From: the human T2T-CHM13v2.0 reference genome, Homo sapiens
NCBI RefSeq assembly: GCF_009914755.1
Contig: NC_060947.1
DNA length: 64,000 nt
Strand: one strand, 5' to 3'
In this document: one piece after another, positions 24,546-38,744 of the stretch
Layout of the letters: each line of letters starts with the position of its first letter
Numbering within the stretch: position 1 is the stretch's first letter
Position numbers and translations under genes: made by a program
Notes under the pieces: generated by a model
The model's input: the letters and a program-made list of their open reading frames with translations, nothing else
What the model was told of the DNA's origin: nothing
The model's database searches: none

Positions 24546-25344
24546 GGGAGGAAGGAAAAAATGATCTATACTTGGAGAAAGGCAGATCAGGGCAGACACC
24601 AGCCTGTCTACTTCAAAAGTAAGAGGACAGAAGAAGAACACTGAACAACTGGAGAAATGAAGTCTAAAGAGGTACTACAGGGAGTAGTAAGGAAGGAGGA
24701 GTGGCAACATGTGTGCTATATATTTGCTTTCTCTGGGTTAGACACACTTATAAATGACTGTCTGGGACCCAAGATCATCACCTGTATGTAACCACACATC
24801 ATCCTCTTGGTGAAATTTGAGATCTCTTCAAAGCTTGGAGGGAAGAGAAGACCTCAGGAACAGTACTTAGGATGTGTAGCATAGAACAGTTTATGTAAAC
24901 AAAGGCTGGCTCCTGCTTGTGCATGCACTTCTAGCACAATTTCACAACCTAGATGAGTCATGTATCTTGTTTATTATAATTGCATTAGGACAGATCCTTC
25001 TTTGAACACATTTTAGGATCATGATGACATCAAGCACTCATTTTAAGTGTGGGAATGTCCTCAACGAGTTTGGAGAGCAGAAGATATATAATTTGAATAA
25101 CAAAATGGTCCTATTTGGCTAAGACATAGGATATGTGGGGAGTAAAAGGAGAGACGAAACTGAAACACCAGGGTGAGGAGTCTTCGTGTGATTCAGTATG
25201 TAGTAGGAAAGTAAAAAATGGCATCTGAGTGATATATGATCAGACTTATAGTTTAAAAAATAAATTGTTATAACAATAATAGCTAACTTGATTAAACATA
25301 CTTTGTACTACTTTATATAAGTGTTGGGAGAGGGTGTGTATGGA

Positions 25345-25525
25345 GAGGGAGTGCCCTCTCAGAAACCCTAAGAGATAGATGTTACTAACGTCCTCCTTTT
25401 TATCACAGGTGAGAAAATGGAAGCACAGAAGTTTACGTATTTTGCCTACTGTCACATGAGGAGCAAATGACAGAGCCAGAATTCAAGCCTAGGTTGTCCA
25501 GGTCTCTAGCCTATGTTCTTAACCC
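25345..25525 (-). mobile_element. MIR SINE
   Basis: CAGGTGAGAAAATGGAAGCACAGAAG...GTCACA...GACAGAGCCAGAATTCAAGCCTAGG core. Confidence 0.7.
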
Positions 25526-25527
25526 TC

Positions 25528-25685
25528 ACTGATTCTCAATTCTGAGTACACATTAGACTCACCTGGAGAGTTTTTAAAACATATTCATACCTGAGACTTA
25601 CCAAGGCTAATTAAAACAAAACCTCTGTAGTTTTTAAAAGCATCTGTATAATTCTGATGCACTGTAAAGTTTGAGAATCACCCCA
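25528..25685. mobile_element. MER5-like hAT-Charlie MITE
   Basis: TGATTCTCAA...CACATTAGACTCACCTGGAGAG...TTTGAGAATCAC with inverted termini. Confidence 0.7.
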
Positions 25686-25719
25686 TTACACTCTGCTGGA
25701 AATGGACAAAATGGATTCT

Positions 25720-26459
25720 TATAATCGCCCAATGGGTTTTTCTTGCCTGCTGCACAGACAAAACCAATTCACTGAGACCATGGCATTGCAGCAAAAAAAG
25801 AGTTTAATTGATGTGAGGCCAACCCACAAAGGAGAATTATAGTTATTACTCAAATCATTCTCCCCAAAGGCTCAGAGGTTAGGGTTTCTCAAGGATAGTT
25901 TGGTGAGGAGGGGACTAGGAAATCAGGAATATTGATTGATTGGGGATAAAATCACAGGGGTGTGGAAATGGTCCTCGTGTTCTGAGTTAGCCTCTGGGTG
26001 GGAGCCACAGGACTGATTGAGTCAGAAGTCACAGTCTGGGTGGGATAAGTCTGAAAAATATCTTAAACAATATTAGGTTCTATAATAGTGATGTTGTCTA
26101 TAGGAGCATTGGGGAAGACACAAATCTTGTGACCTCTGGCCTCATGACACCTGAGCAGTAAGGGAATATAGAAACAATGCCTACATTTTAGCAGAGTTCA
26201 GGTCCCTCTCATAATCATATTCTTGTGGCCTTTCATTATTTTACAAAGGTGGTTTTTGGTCTCTGAGCAAGGAGGAGGTTAGTCGTAGGGAGGGAACTAC
26301 TATCATCTTTGCTTTTAAGTCAAACTATAAACTAAATTCCTCCCAATGTTAGCTTGGTCTATGCCCAGGAATGACCAAGGATAGCTTGGAGGTCAGAAAC
26401 AAGGTGGGGTAAACTATGTCAGATTTCTTTTACTGTCAAAATTTGGAAAGTCAGTTTCA
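25720..26459 (-). mobile_element. LTR8-family (LTR8A-like) ERV1 solo LTR
   Basis: About 740 bp. Reverse complement starts TGAAACTGACTTTCCAAATTTTGACAG; plus strand starts TATAATCGCCCAATGGGTT...CACTGAGACCATGGCATTGCAG. TSD TTCT/TTAT. Confidence 0.8.
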
Positions 26460-28726
26460 TTATCACTTCCACAGTTAGACTTTTCATAAACATTCTAAGC
26501 ATATATAGGGAGATGATAGTTAAAATACTTACTAACTGATACGAGACAGGCAGCAAACAATCAGAATAGACATGCTGGTCATAAACAATGAGTATGGTGT
26601 TGCCTTACAGTGTGCTGAATTTTAAAAATTGCACACACATATACACACAGAGTAGATATTTTCCCTTGTCAACAAAGAGATTTATATTATCCTTTTAAAT
26701 AGCTGCATCTTTTCTCACTGTACAGAGTTAGCATACTTTATTTAACCAGTACCCTGGTTATGCCCATTTTTTTCATTTTTTATTGTTTGTTGCACACATT
26801 GTTTTGTGAGGTGACTCTCCCTAAACTACCCAAAAGTAACAAAATAGTAAACATTAGTTCCAACAGAATAGAAATATTCTCACATTGTAGATAGAAATCA
26901 AGATTTTCTTTCACATTATTTCTAGCTGCTGTAGGCCAGCGCTGCAATTAACATTCATCTTGCAGAAAATAGTTTAATCCTTTTGCCAGGAAATCTTGCC
27001 TCAGAGCCAGGTCTCCTAATGTAGAAAATAATATATTTGTTCTTTAGCTCACTCCACACACTTTGGCTTCTGTAGAGTTCCTAACTATACTTGAACTTCT
27101 ATCTATCTTCTTTTCCTTGTCTTTCCGTATCTTGGTCTTCCTTGAGTTTCTTAGGCACATATACCTGTGTTTCTCCCAGGTTTATTCTATTGCATGCATC
27201 TAATAACCATATGTCTTCTTCTTGCAGGCATGGTTTCTGACTTGATATTTGCCTCAACATTTGATTTGGGTGTGATTTCAGGTTTCTAGCTGCTTCCTAG
27301 CCTAAAATAACCATGCACTTGACACCCTGGACCCTTGACTTCTAATCCAATCTTTACACTGTCCCAAACCTGTGGATATCTGTAGCACTGTGGAACTAAA
27401 AATCCTACCAACACAGAGAGTACTCTTTACTAAGTGTAGAAAAAAAGAACAATGTTTTATTTTTGAATAAGCATAGCCAAGTTTTGTGTGCATAAGCAAT
27501 CTGAATGAGGCTACAATGTCAGGGCATTTTCACACACATTTATATAAAGAGTTTGTAGCCAGTACACAACTCACGTCCTTCAGGTTTAATGGTATCCTTA
27601 TTTTTCCTATAAGAGGGCTTAACAGCACAATGTGTGTATATATATTTTTTCATATAAGTCATCTTAAATTCATTGGCAAATTGAAAATAGCTATTTGTTT
27701 TAGTTAATTGCCTTCAGTCTAGGGAATAATAAAACATCTTTTATCTTCTTTTTGAGCAAATGGTTACAGCCAGAGATAAACTCCTGGATTAAGCTTCCAA
27801 GGTGCCAGGGAGGCTTCCCTGGGTGTTTACATTTCAAAAGAGATGAAGTTCAGACCCTTAGGGAGAGTTATTTACATTCCAAATGTTAAAGACTGTTGAT
27901 TAATTTGGTTTTCCAAAGAAAGGCTCTTAGAAGGGGAAGGGAAATTGTATATATGTCCCTTGTAAACAGACACAATCATTACAGTAGGTCTGTCATTGAT
28001 CCCAGTGGGATTTTAGACCCCAAAAACCGTTATGAGAACTGTCTAAAATGCAGCAGCAAAATCACCCACCGAGCTGAAAAGACTCAGGAAACCTTATTTA
28101 TCTTTCTGGAGAGATTTCTAGTAAGCTATAGGATTGCTCCTAAACTTCTCTACCAGCATCCCGGGTCCCCAAAGAGAATCAGTTCATGCTTTTCCTTTGA
28201 GAACAGAGGGCTCAAAAGCTCACTCTAATTTACTCTGGGTTTTAACGAAAGTAAGGGCTAAAGTCTCTTCTGATGCACGGACATTATTTTAGGGCCCAGG
28301 TGAGTGATAAGTTGGACCCTTTCCAGGAGTCCCAAAACTAGTAGAAGGAAAAAAGGGAGATGGGAAACAAGGATCAAAGGAAGGAGGAGAGGAGCCAGAG
28401 AAGCAGGAGGAAGGAAGGATAAAGGGAAATGTTGGCTTTTCACCTTTGAGGAGTTAGCAAATATCTCCATTATGGAATGCATGGGTGGAGGCTACAGAGA
28501 AGGAGAAAAAGAAACTTAAATGTACTTAACAGGTAGAAGCCAAACTAAAACTATTTACCATATACATGTTTACATGTACATATACAAAAGTGTTCATAAA
28601 GAAAGTTGACGCTAATTTAAAATTTAAGATGTGTCAGAAAGGTTGGCATTCTAATGAGGTTACCAGACCAGGATAAATCAAAAGACAAGAAAGAAAGGCA
28701 ACTGGTCACATCACAGATTGTCACTG

Positions 28727-29423
28727 TGTATAGAGCACACTTGACGTAAGTAACTCCATCTTAGAAAATGACTCGATCTTACATTTCAAAATACATCAAG
28801 CCAACAGGGGCCAAATATTGGTCTAATAAATAGAGACAACACCTAACTAGATATGGGGATAGCCCTTTACTATCAATTCTCACCAGAAGACTCAAAGACC
28901 ATAAAATGAGCAGGACATCACCAGCTAGACATGGTCATCTCCATAGACGACATCTTGCTGTCACTTGTGATCAGCACCCGACACCTGCCAACAAAGGCTC
29001 TTCCCAAATCAAGAACCCTTCCTTGCAAGACATTGATAATTGACAACCATCCAGATCAGTCTGGGACACTCTCCTTGTCTATGCCACTCTCCTTAGACTA
29101 GTTTGTAAACCTCCTTTTCCTGTTCACTTTTCTCTTGATGTTAAATGTTACCTTGTTTGATGTGGAATGTTTAATCTATAACATGTATATATTGATTAAT
29201 TATACTACTATGTATAATTTGAAATATTGACTGACCTGTGGAGTGGTTTGAGCCTGTGTGCCCACGACTCTGACTACTGAATGAACTTGTAGTACTAAGG
29301 AGAATTGCCATCTTGGGAACTCCTTCATGGCTTTTATAATTGAAACAGCATCAATAAAAGACTGATCCTGTGAAAAGCCACAAATGTGTGTGGACCAGTT
29401 ATGCCTTTGAGCTGCTCAAGACA
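28727..29423 (+). mobile_element. ERV1 solo LTR, MER72/LTR47 group
   Basis: TG...CA termini, AGAGCACACTTGAC start, CATCAATAAAAG polyA signal, flanking CACTG/CACTG duplication. Confidence 0.7.
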
Positions 29424-29766
29424 CACTGCTTAAAGGAACCAATAATAAGTTAGTTCAACTCTTTTATCTTATGAATGAGGAAACTGAGGTCCCAAATGAA
29501 AAGATTTGGGAAAATTCAGGTATTTAGAGACAAAACTTGGCCTTTTAAAATCTTAGAGTGTGCATGCTTTTAAAAAGTTTTCAAAATATTTTTCTGCTGA
29601 TTTTTTAGATTTGGCTATTTCAATAAAGATATCTATTTGATATTTTATAAAGACTATAAGTTCCCAGTTTTGAATCTAGAAGAACTAAAAAAGAGATTAG
29701 CAATCTTTAATATTGAGGAAATGTCTACTTTGTAGTTCAGACTAGGAGATTTGGTAATACTGTCAT

Positions 29767-30141
29767 TGTATTAGTTCGTTCTCACTCTGCTATAAAGGAC
29801 TACCTGAGACTGGGTAATTTACAAAGAAAAGAGGTTTAATTTACTCACAGTTCCACAGACTCTACAGGATGCATGGCTGAGGAGGCCTGAGGAAACTTAC
29901 AATCATGGCAGAAGGGCAAAGTAGAAGCAAGCACATCTTCACATGGTGGCAGGAGAGAGTGAAGGGGAAGGTGCCACCCACTTTACAACAACCAGATCTC
30001 ATGAGAACTCACTAGCTTAAGAAAAGAAAGGGAGAAATCTGCCCCCATGATCCAATCACCTCCCACCAGGTCCCTCCCCCAACATTGGGGATTACAATTC
30101 AATATGAGATTTAGGTGGAACCCAGAGCCAAATCCATATCA
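29767..30141 (-). mobile_element. MSTA/THE1D-like solo LTR
   Basis: TGTATTAGTTCG...CCATATCA; perfect TSD GTCAT. Confidence 0.92.
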
Positions 30142-31151
30142 GTCATTAACTAATAACATTTAGAGTGACAGAACAGGAACTAAAATTTACACATCAATTC
30201 TTTAGTCATAGAAACTATAAAATAACCATGAAAAGATTTGATAAACCACTAAATGTTTGTTCTATTTAAATTAGTTTTTTTATTTTGAAAAGAAAAAGGG
30301 GGTCTGAACTCTTTCTAAAAAGTGATTGTGAGAGCAGGTTGTAAAATGAATATAAAGGGCCAAGAGTAGAGAGGAAGGACTGTCTGCATTGCAGATGTAA
30401 GATGTTATCCCATGGGCTCTGTAAAGGTATGGGTAAGAACAGATCAGTAACACATTCTTCCCTACAGCTCCTATAATGCCTCATATACAACAATGCTCAA
30501 TAAATATTTTCTGGAATAGGTAATTTTAGATTCTTTGAAAAAAATACTGTTCTTACATAAGCAGATGGAAAAAGAGGAAGCTTTGACTAAAACGCCAAGG
30601 TTGTCCAGGGTTGGAAAAGTTGAGAGTATCCCTCCTAGGTAGGAAAAGAAAAAAGCAGTAGAGACTCAAAGAAAATAACTTAATGCCAAGAAGAAAGTAG
30701 AATCTTTATTTTTAAAAAGTAGGGAAGTGAATATTGGGAAGGCCAAAAGGATAGAGACAGGAAAAGGAACATGAGAACAGATAGGGAATTTACATTTCCT
30801 ACAATGAAATGCATCCTATTTCAATTGAAAAAAAAAATCACCATTTGAAAATTTATTTTGAAGAAATAACCCATGTATGTAGTTAAAACAAATCAAATAG
30901 CCCAAAAGAATATATAGGGAAAAGTAATTCTCTATCCCAACCCTGAAACCCAGTTCTTCCAGTTCACTTCCTCAGAGGAAACTACTATAATGAAGGAGCC
31001 CAGAGGAACTTCACCCCAAGATATAGCACCTAGGTATAATGAGTATTTTGAATTAAGAGCCCTCAAAGATCAACAGATTCTGCAAGAGACATTTCCCTTA
31101 TCTGCATTAAGACTGGCCCTATCAAAGAGAACAATTGTTTTCCTTCCCCTC

Positions 31152-31901
31152 TGTATTAGTCCGTTCTCACACTGCTGTGAAGAAATACCAGAAACTGGGT
31201 AATTTATAAAGAAAAAAGGTTTCATTGACTTACAGTTCTGTATGGCTGGGGAGGCCTCAGGTAACTTACAATCATAGCAGAAGTCACTGTCACCAGTGTC
31301 CGTATGAAGAGATCACCAAACAGGCTTTGTGTGAGCAATAAAGCTTTTTAATCACCTGGGTGCAGGCAGGCTGAGTCCTAAAAGAGAGTCAGTGAAGGGA
31401 GATAGAGGTGGAGCCATTTTATAGGATTTGAGTAGGTAATGGAAAATTACAGTCAAAGGGGCTTGTTCGCTGGTGGGCAGGGGCCGGGGTCACAAGGTGC
31501 TCAGTGGGGGAGCTTCTGAGCCAGGAGAAGGAATTTCACAAGGTAATGTCATCAGTTAAGGCAGGAACTGACCACTTCCACTTCTTTTGTGATTCTTCAG
31601 TTGCTTCAGGCCATCTGGATGTATACCTGCAGGTCACAGGGAATATGATGGCTTAGCTTGGGCTCAGAGGCCTGACAGGCACCCCTTACAGGGCAGGGGA
31701 GAGAATGAGCGCCCACAGGGGAAATGCCGGATGCTTGTAAAACCATCAGATCTCATGATAACTCACTATCATGAGAACAGCATGGGGGAACCACTCCCAT
31801 GATTCAATTACCTCTCAGCAGGTCCCTTCCAAGACACGTGGGGATTATGGGGATTACAATTCAAGATGAGATTTGGGTGAGGACACAGCCAAACCATATC
31901 A
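31152..31901 (-). mobile_element. THE1 (THE1C/D-like) solo LTR, interrupted by LTR7
   Basis: TGTATTAGTCCGTTCTCAC...CCAAACCATATCA; perfect TSD CCCTC (31147-31151/31902-31906). Confidence 0.92.
31288..31677 (-). mobile_element. HERV-H solo LTR (LTR7 family, LTR7B/C-like)
   Basis: Reverse complement starts TGTCAGGCCTCTGAGCCCAAGCTAAGCCATCATA; 5-bp TSD GTCAC/GGCAC. Confidence 0.93.
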
Positions 31902-33394
31902 CCCTCCTTGTTACCTCATTATATTGCAGAAAAGAAGACTGAGGAATGTAACCACACTTGAATGAACCCTTTCACATGCTAATGCTTATCTCTTAGGATC
32001 ACTGAATAGGACCATTTACAAGTTAATTTCTATTCCCTGCCTTGCATCCATTCATTCTCCCTAGTAATCATTTACTGCCCCTGGACAGAGTGACCTATAT
32101 TCCCCATTTTCCCCCTCTCCCAACTCCTCTATGATGAAGCTAAAGTATTTGGGCCCTATTGGGTTATTTGGGTAGTCACTCTGTGATTCTCCCCCATGCA
32201 TGTTAATAAATTTGTATGCATTTTCACCTATTAACTACCTTTTGTCAGTTTACTTTCAGTGAACTTTCAGAGGATAAAAGGGAATTTTCTTTACACACAT
32301 ACAGCAATCAGCTTCTATTAGGTGAGGAAACATTCCCAAAGTTGCATGGCACTTTGGCGAGAAAGCCAAGGTTTGAACTCATATACTATTCATGTTTCCC
32401 CACATCTCCTGATATTTTTCCAGTTTAATCTTAGATTTTCAGTGCATAAGAAATGAGTAAAATTGGAGTAATCATTAAGAAACCAAGCTTGGGAGTATTA
32501 CCATTGTTTTGCTATTTTTAAGGCTTAATTCTATTTCCTAATAAAATATTAGGCTGAAATATAAAACAGATTTGTGAGTCTGTAGAAAAAAAATGGGCAA
32601 TTAAAATTTGGAATATACCTGAGTTGACTGTAAATATAATAATTCCCAAATAATTATATTTTGTCTAATAAGTAAACATTTATTAAAACAGCGATTTCAA
32701 AGTATAAGATATATTGCTTTATAAGATGCCAAAATATTGATGAAATGATAGTTGAGTTGACTTAAGAACAGATAAATGACAATATTAAAAAATACTGTTA
32801 AAAGTCTTCTTGTTAACATGACAGTGTTAAAGTCTCTATTGCAGCACTAGTGGGCCCTGTTCTATTCTTACTGGGGTAATACAGCTACAGTTAATGCCAG
32901 TTGAATTATTAAAGAATCAGGAACTGTTAGACCTGTGTGTATTAAGCAGTGAGAGCCAGGAAGTGAAGTCCAGTACAGATGTATTCTCTTCCTCTGAGCC
33001 AGGCTTGGAAAATGCTACTTAATAAAAAGCACAGATTTCCTGATGAAGCCTTGAGAAATAAAAAGGGAAACTTTAGATAGAAATGTTCATACTCTCTCTG
33101 GAGCATATGAAATATTTTACTGTATGTGTTCTAAAAATATAGTTTTGGGTATAAACTGTTAAAGCTGCTTCAAAGTTATCCTCTAACAGGTGTCTCTGGA
33201 GCAGATGTGAGAGGGGAGGTATGGAAAGCATGGATTTACAGTGATAACTAGTATGATTGTGCTTGCTTCCCTCTTCAGACAATTTCCTGAGCCTCATATT
33301 TTCTTCTCTGTCTTAGGTTTATTCCTAGACTAGGTCTTGACACCCAGAGGGTGTGCATCTACCTTCCTCCTATTTCTCAACCTATGACATACTC

Positions 33395-33790
33395 TCATAC
33401 TTACAGATGACTCAAAACTTGGCACAGCAACATGAAAGATGGCCTGATCAAAAATCAAACTGACCTTGAGTCTGGTATGCTAGATTTAAAGCAACTAGAC
33501 AAGATTAAAAGTGAAGATCTGAATTTGGATTCTTTAAAAAGAATTATTGCAATATGGGCAAGCTAAGAAAATTCTCACCAAGCAGCAGCACCTGTGAGCA
33601 AAATCACCAGCAGCACTGGAGATTTTAATTGACTTTATTTGCAATATGACCTTAGATTAGTATGAAGTTTTGCTGAAGAAGGAAATGTGCCCAAGGGCTA
33701 AAAGAAGGACAGTGTCCAGATCCAGGAGGATTTGATGACATTACATCTGTACTGTTATACTGCATTCAGGACACCGTAATTTTTAGGTGT
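33395..33790 (+). mobile_element. Ancient CR1/L3 LINE fragment
   Basis: ACAGATGACTCAAAACTTGG resembles the CR1 RT FADDTKLG codons, followed by other L3-like blocks; highly diverged. Confidence 0.5.
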
Positions 33791-34583
33791 CATGACTAAG
33801 AATGGTAAGGAACCCTTGGTTAGGTACATTTCTGTGGCTGTCATTCTCCCTTCTACATCTAACTCCCCTTCCTCTCACCTGCCACACTTTTGCCTCTCTC
33901 TCTATCATTTTTCTTCCTTCCCCTCTACTCCCTTTTCTGAAAGAGTGTAACTGCCCCTCAGTTAATACCACTGAAGGAGCTTTTTGGGTCCTGAGATGTA
34001 ACTTCTCTTCCCATAAGGAACCCATCTAGCCCAAGCAGATAGTCATGTTGGATGTAAGGCCCTTCCTTTTCCCAGATTGAAACAGAGGGTAGACAGGAGC
34101 ATCTTGGGAGCAGAGGAGTGTTGGGAGTCAGAGAGATAAAAACCAGAGCTTCATGGTAAGGGCCTGCCTTGGAGCTGCAATGCCAGGGGCTTCATGATTT
34201 CTTGCATTGTAGACAGTGGACTGCAAAAGTATAAGGGTGGCCTTTGATATGTGGTAGTGGTTGTTTTTCTGTGGGCAAGCCAGGATCCTCCCTTCGATGC
34301 CAGTGAATAGGCTGAGACAGGAGAATTGTTATTAACAACAATAACACTTAATATTTACAGAGTCATTACCACATGCCAGTGATTCCCATATATTATCTGA
34401 TTTAATCTTTATAATAGCTCAGTGAAGTGATTTTAATGTTTCTATTTTATAGAACAGAATTTCAGAAAGGTTATATAAACTGCAAAAAAATCATACAATT
34501 AGCTGGTAGCAGAAGATGGACTAGATCCCACAACTGTCAGGTGACAGAGATTCTGCTCTTAACCATTACATTATTCAACCTAA

Positions 34584-34957
<374 letters not shown>

Positions 34958-35599
34958 TATCAATGTTAATTTCTGAATCAGATAACTTTCCTGCAGTTGG
35001 GAAAGATGCTAACTTTTGGGAAATCTGGGTGAAGTACATATGAGAATTCTCTGTATTATTTTTGCAATTTTTGTAAGAAATTAATCAAAATTAAAGTTAA
35101 AAAATTAAAATTGAAAATAAAAAATGTGATTACAAGACGGCTTTGGAAGCTGAATGGTTATAGAAAGCTTGGGAAAGAATAGCATGAGACTTTGTCAAGT
35201 CTCTGGATTTCAATCTTTCCTTATCAATTACAGGATGGGCACCATGAAAGGGATGTGGCCTCTGAAGTCAGGTGTGGGTCCAAATCCTTGCTCCAGTATC
35301 TAGCAGCTGTGTGACTTTGAGCAAATTCTCTAATCCTTCATTGTCTTATGTTAAAAGGGTAATAAAATACCTATCTGCTACTATATTTTATTTAGATTAA
35401 TGACTTTACTATTATCTTAAAAATAAAAGATGCTCATTATTAAAATATTTAAGAAAGAAGAAAAGTATAATGTTTTTTAATCACCCAAAATGTCACCATT
35501 CTGTTATTTGGAAGAGTAAATTTTTAAAAATATGTAAAATAGCCAACATATATATTTATGTTTATAAATTTTCATGTTTATCATTATATAAAACATAAT

Positions 35600-35647
35600 A
35601 TGACATCAATTGTTAATGTATCAATGACATCAATTGTTAATGTATCA
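35600..35647. repeat. Perfect 24-bp tandem duplication ATGACATCAATTGTTAATGTATCA x2
   Basis: Seen directly. Confidence 0.95.
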
Positions 35648-36679
35648 TTTCTATTTACCTTTTAGAAAAAAAAATCTACCAGTTATTCTATAATGTGCCA
35701 TGACTGTAGGCTGCATCAGGATTTTAGAAATGTTAAATTTTGGAATTATGCATTCTGAAATCAATAAAATACTTTATTATGCAATATTTACTTCATTCTA
35801 AAAAGAACTTTTTCACATTTCAATGTCTTAAATATAAGATATATATTACAATCAATATATAAATTCAGTGTATTATTTCTTGTACTAGCCTTAGCCCACA
35901 TGCAACCCATCTGAATCAAGGAAATATGCATTAAATAGGCATTAAATTTATATAAAAAGTTGCAAAGATATACAACAGAATGTTATCAGTCATTAAGTAC
36001 AAGATAAAGATTATTTTTAAAACTTTTTTCTTTTATTTCTATTTAAAATTTTTTTACAATGGGCTTTTTAAAAAGCTGAGTAAGGCAGTATAATGAGTCC
36101 CCAAATTTGTTGTACATTATTCAGAAGCCAAGCAGGTATATTCAACTTGAGGTAGCCATAGAACTTTTATTCACTGTCCTTCCAAAGACTGGGGATCTTG
36201 GACATAGCTCCTTGTAATGGTGAACAGGAGTAGTCCTCAGTAAACTGCTCTCCCACTAGCTGCTTCATTTTAACCTCCTTCTAATTCCAAATCTATAGTT
36301 AAATTACAACATGGAAGAAGGATGCAAATAGGCTTTATTTCAATGCCAATTCTGATTGATTGGTAGTGGCTCCTAAAGCCCCCACTTGGCAAGGATTATG
36401 AGGCCAAGTTGGAGTTCAGTAAAAAAGGGTGCCTTGTGATTAGTCATGTTTGCCAGGAAGCATGGTAGCACAATGTCTGAGATTTTCTCAGCCTCCTTGT
36501 TCTTTTATCTTTAAGCATAGCGCTTACTTTTTTCTATCAGCAACGTTAAAAATCTTAACCAGCCTAAAGGCTATACTGAATTCCTGTATTATTGTTATTT
36601 ATGCTAAATTAAATCTTTCCTAGAAAAGTCATAATTCAAATTTGAAAGACTAAAGAATGGCATAGCTTGGCATTTGATT

Positions 36680-36789
36680 TAGAGATATGGTCTCACTCTC
36701 TTGCCAGACTGGACTCAAACTCCTTGGCTCAAGTGATCCTTTCACCTCCCAAAGTACAGGGGTTATAGGCGTGAGCCACCGTGCCTGGC
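36680..36789 (-). mobile_element. FLAM/Alu left monomer
   Basis: GAGATATGGTCTCAC...GTGAGCCACCGTGCCTGGC. Confidence 0.85.
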
Positions 36790-36904
36790 TAAAATTTCAA
36801 ATAAATTGAATTATACAACATCAATTTTGTATATATATGGCTGGCTACTTTTAATCAGAATAATGCTTTTGAGATATATCCAATATCTGAATTCGATATA
36901 TATA

Positions 36905-36961
36905 AAATATTAATTGCAATATTAGCAGTTAGTGAAATATTAATAGCAATATTAGCAGTTA
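36905..36961. repeat. 30-bp-period tandem duplication within an old L1M fragment
   Basis: AAATATTAAT(T/A)GCAATATTAGCAGTTA occurs twice. Confidence 0.85.
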
Positions 36962-37327
36962 ATTCTTTTCCATTTCTGAGCAGTATTTCATTATATGAAT
37001 AAACTGTAGTTGGCTTGTTCATTCTACTGATTACTGATATCTAGGCTGTTTTCAGCTTTTGGCTAGCTATTATGAATGAAATCTGCTATGAACACTCTTG
37101 TACAAAGCTTTCTGTGGACATATGTTTTCATTTCTCTTTGATAAATACCTAGGATTGAATTACCGGGTCCTAAAGTACATTCATGTTTAAAATTTTAAAA
37201 AAATTGGTAGCTTTACACCATTCTAATTAATGTAGTGCTCAAAACAAAAACAAAGACATTCATTGTGCTTGGAGAGGTAAAGAGAAAGGCATAGCTTGAA
37301 ATAGCATGAATTTAAAAAGGGCTCAGG

Positions 37328-37456
37328 GGGCAGGCACCGTGACTCATGCTTGTAATCCCAGCACTTTGGTAGGCTGAAGCAGGAGGATCACTTGAGCCCA
37401 GGAGTTTGAGATAAGGCTGGGCAACATAGTGAGACCCTGTCTCTACTAAAAACAAA
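37328..37456 (+). mobile_element. FLAM_C/AluJ left monomer
   Basis: GAGGATCACTTGAGCCCAGGAGTTTGAG...GTCTCTACTAAAAA. Confidence 0.88.
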
Positions 37457-37649
37457 CTATCAAATGGCCTGAGGGATGGAGAGTCATTGCAAATAGACAC
37501 GGAATTTCTTTTTGGGTGATGGAAATTTTCTAGAATTAGATATTGAAGATGGTTGCACAACTATGTGAACATACTAAATATCAGTGAATGGTATATCTTA
37601 AAATGGTGAATTTTATGATACATGAATTATATTTCAATAAAGCTGATAT

Positions 37650-37938
37650 ATGCAGGACACGGTGGCTCACATCTTTAATCCCAGCACTTTGGGAGGATGA
37701 GGTGGGGGGGATCACTTGACGACAGAAGTTCGAGACCAGCCTGGCCAACATGGTGAAACCTTGCCTCTGCTAAAAATACAAAAATTAGCCAGGTGTGGTG
37801 GTGTGCGCCTGTAATCCCAGCTACTCGGAAGGCTGAGGCATGAGCATCGCATGAACCCAGGATCCAGAGGTTTCAGTGACCCTGCACCACTGCACTCCAG
37901 CCTGGGTGGCAGAGCAAGACTCTGTCTCAAAAAATAAT
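37650..37938 (+). mobile_element. Alu SINE (AluS/late J)
   Basis: Dimer; TSD AATAAAG(C/T)TGATAT (37636-37649/37939-37952). Confidence 0.92.
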
Positions 37939-38306
37939 AATAAAGTTGATATTAAAAAGTGCCACTGTATAGACGGACTAATAGGTAATCTTTTGTGGGT
38001 CACTCAGTTCTGCATTCTTGTCTGGTTTTCTTACTCCTCCTCTTCCTGGAGTTCATTTTGGTTCTCATCTACAGTGGTTAATTGTCACCGGGATCGTACA
38101 ATGTGAGCAAGGACAGAGAAGTCATAGCTTTTCTCTGATGCCACTCCAGACCACCTGAAGTATGTTCAAGGAAATAACAGTTACTCATCTGTGCAGTAGC
38201 AAGTGTAAGTAATATTATTTTGAAAGTAATATTGTTTTGAAAGTAAAAAGGAGTATATGTATATCAAAACATCACATTATACACCTTAAACATATACAAT
38301 TTTTAA

Positions 38307-38744
<438 letters not shown>

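Larger units (their letters stand above)
30991..32303 (+). mobile_element. MER34-group ERV1 LTR (outer element of a nest)
   Basis: TGAAGG...CACCCCAAGATAT...TATTTTGAATT start; AATAAATTTGTATGC...TTTCAGTGAACTTTCAGAGG end. Confidence 0.7.
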
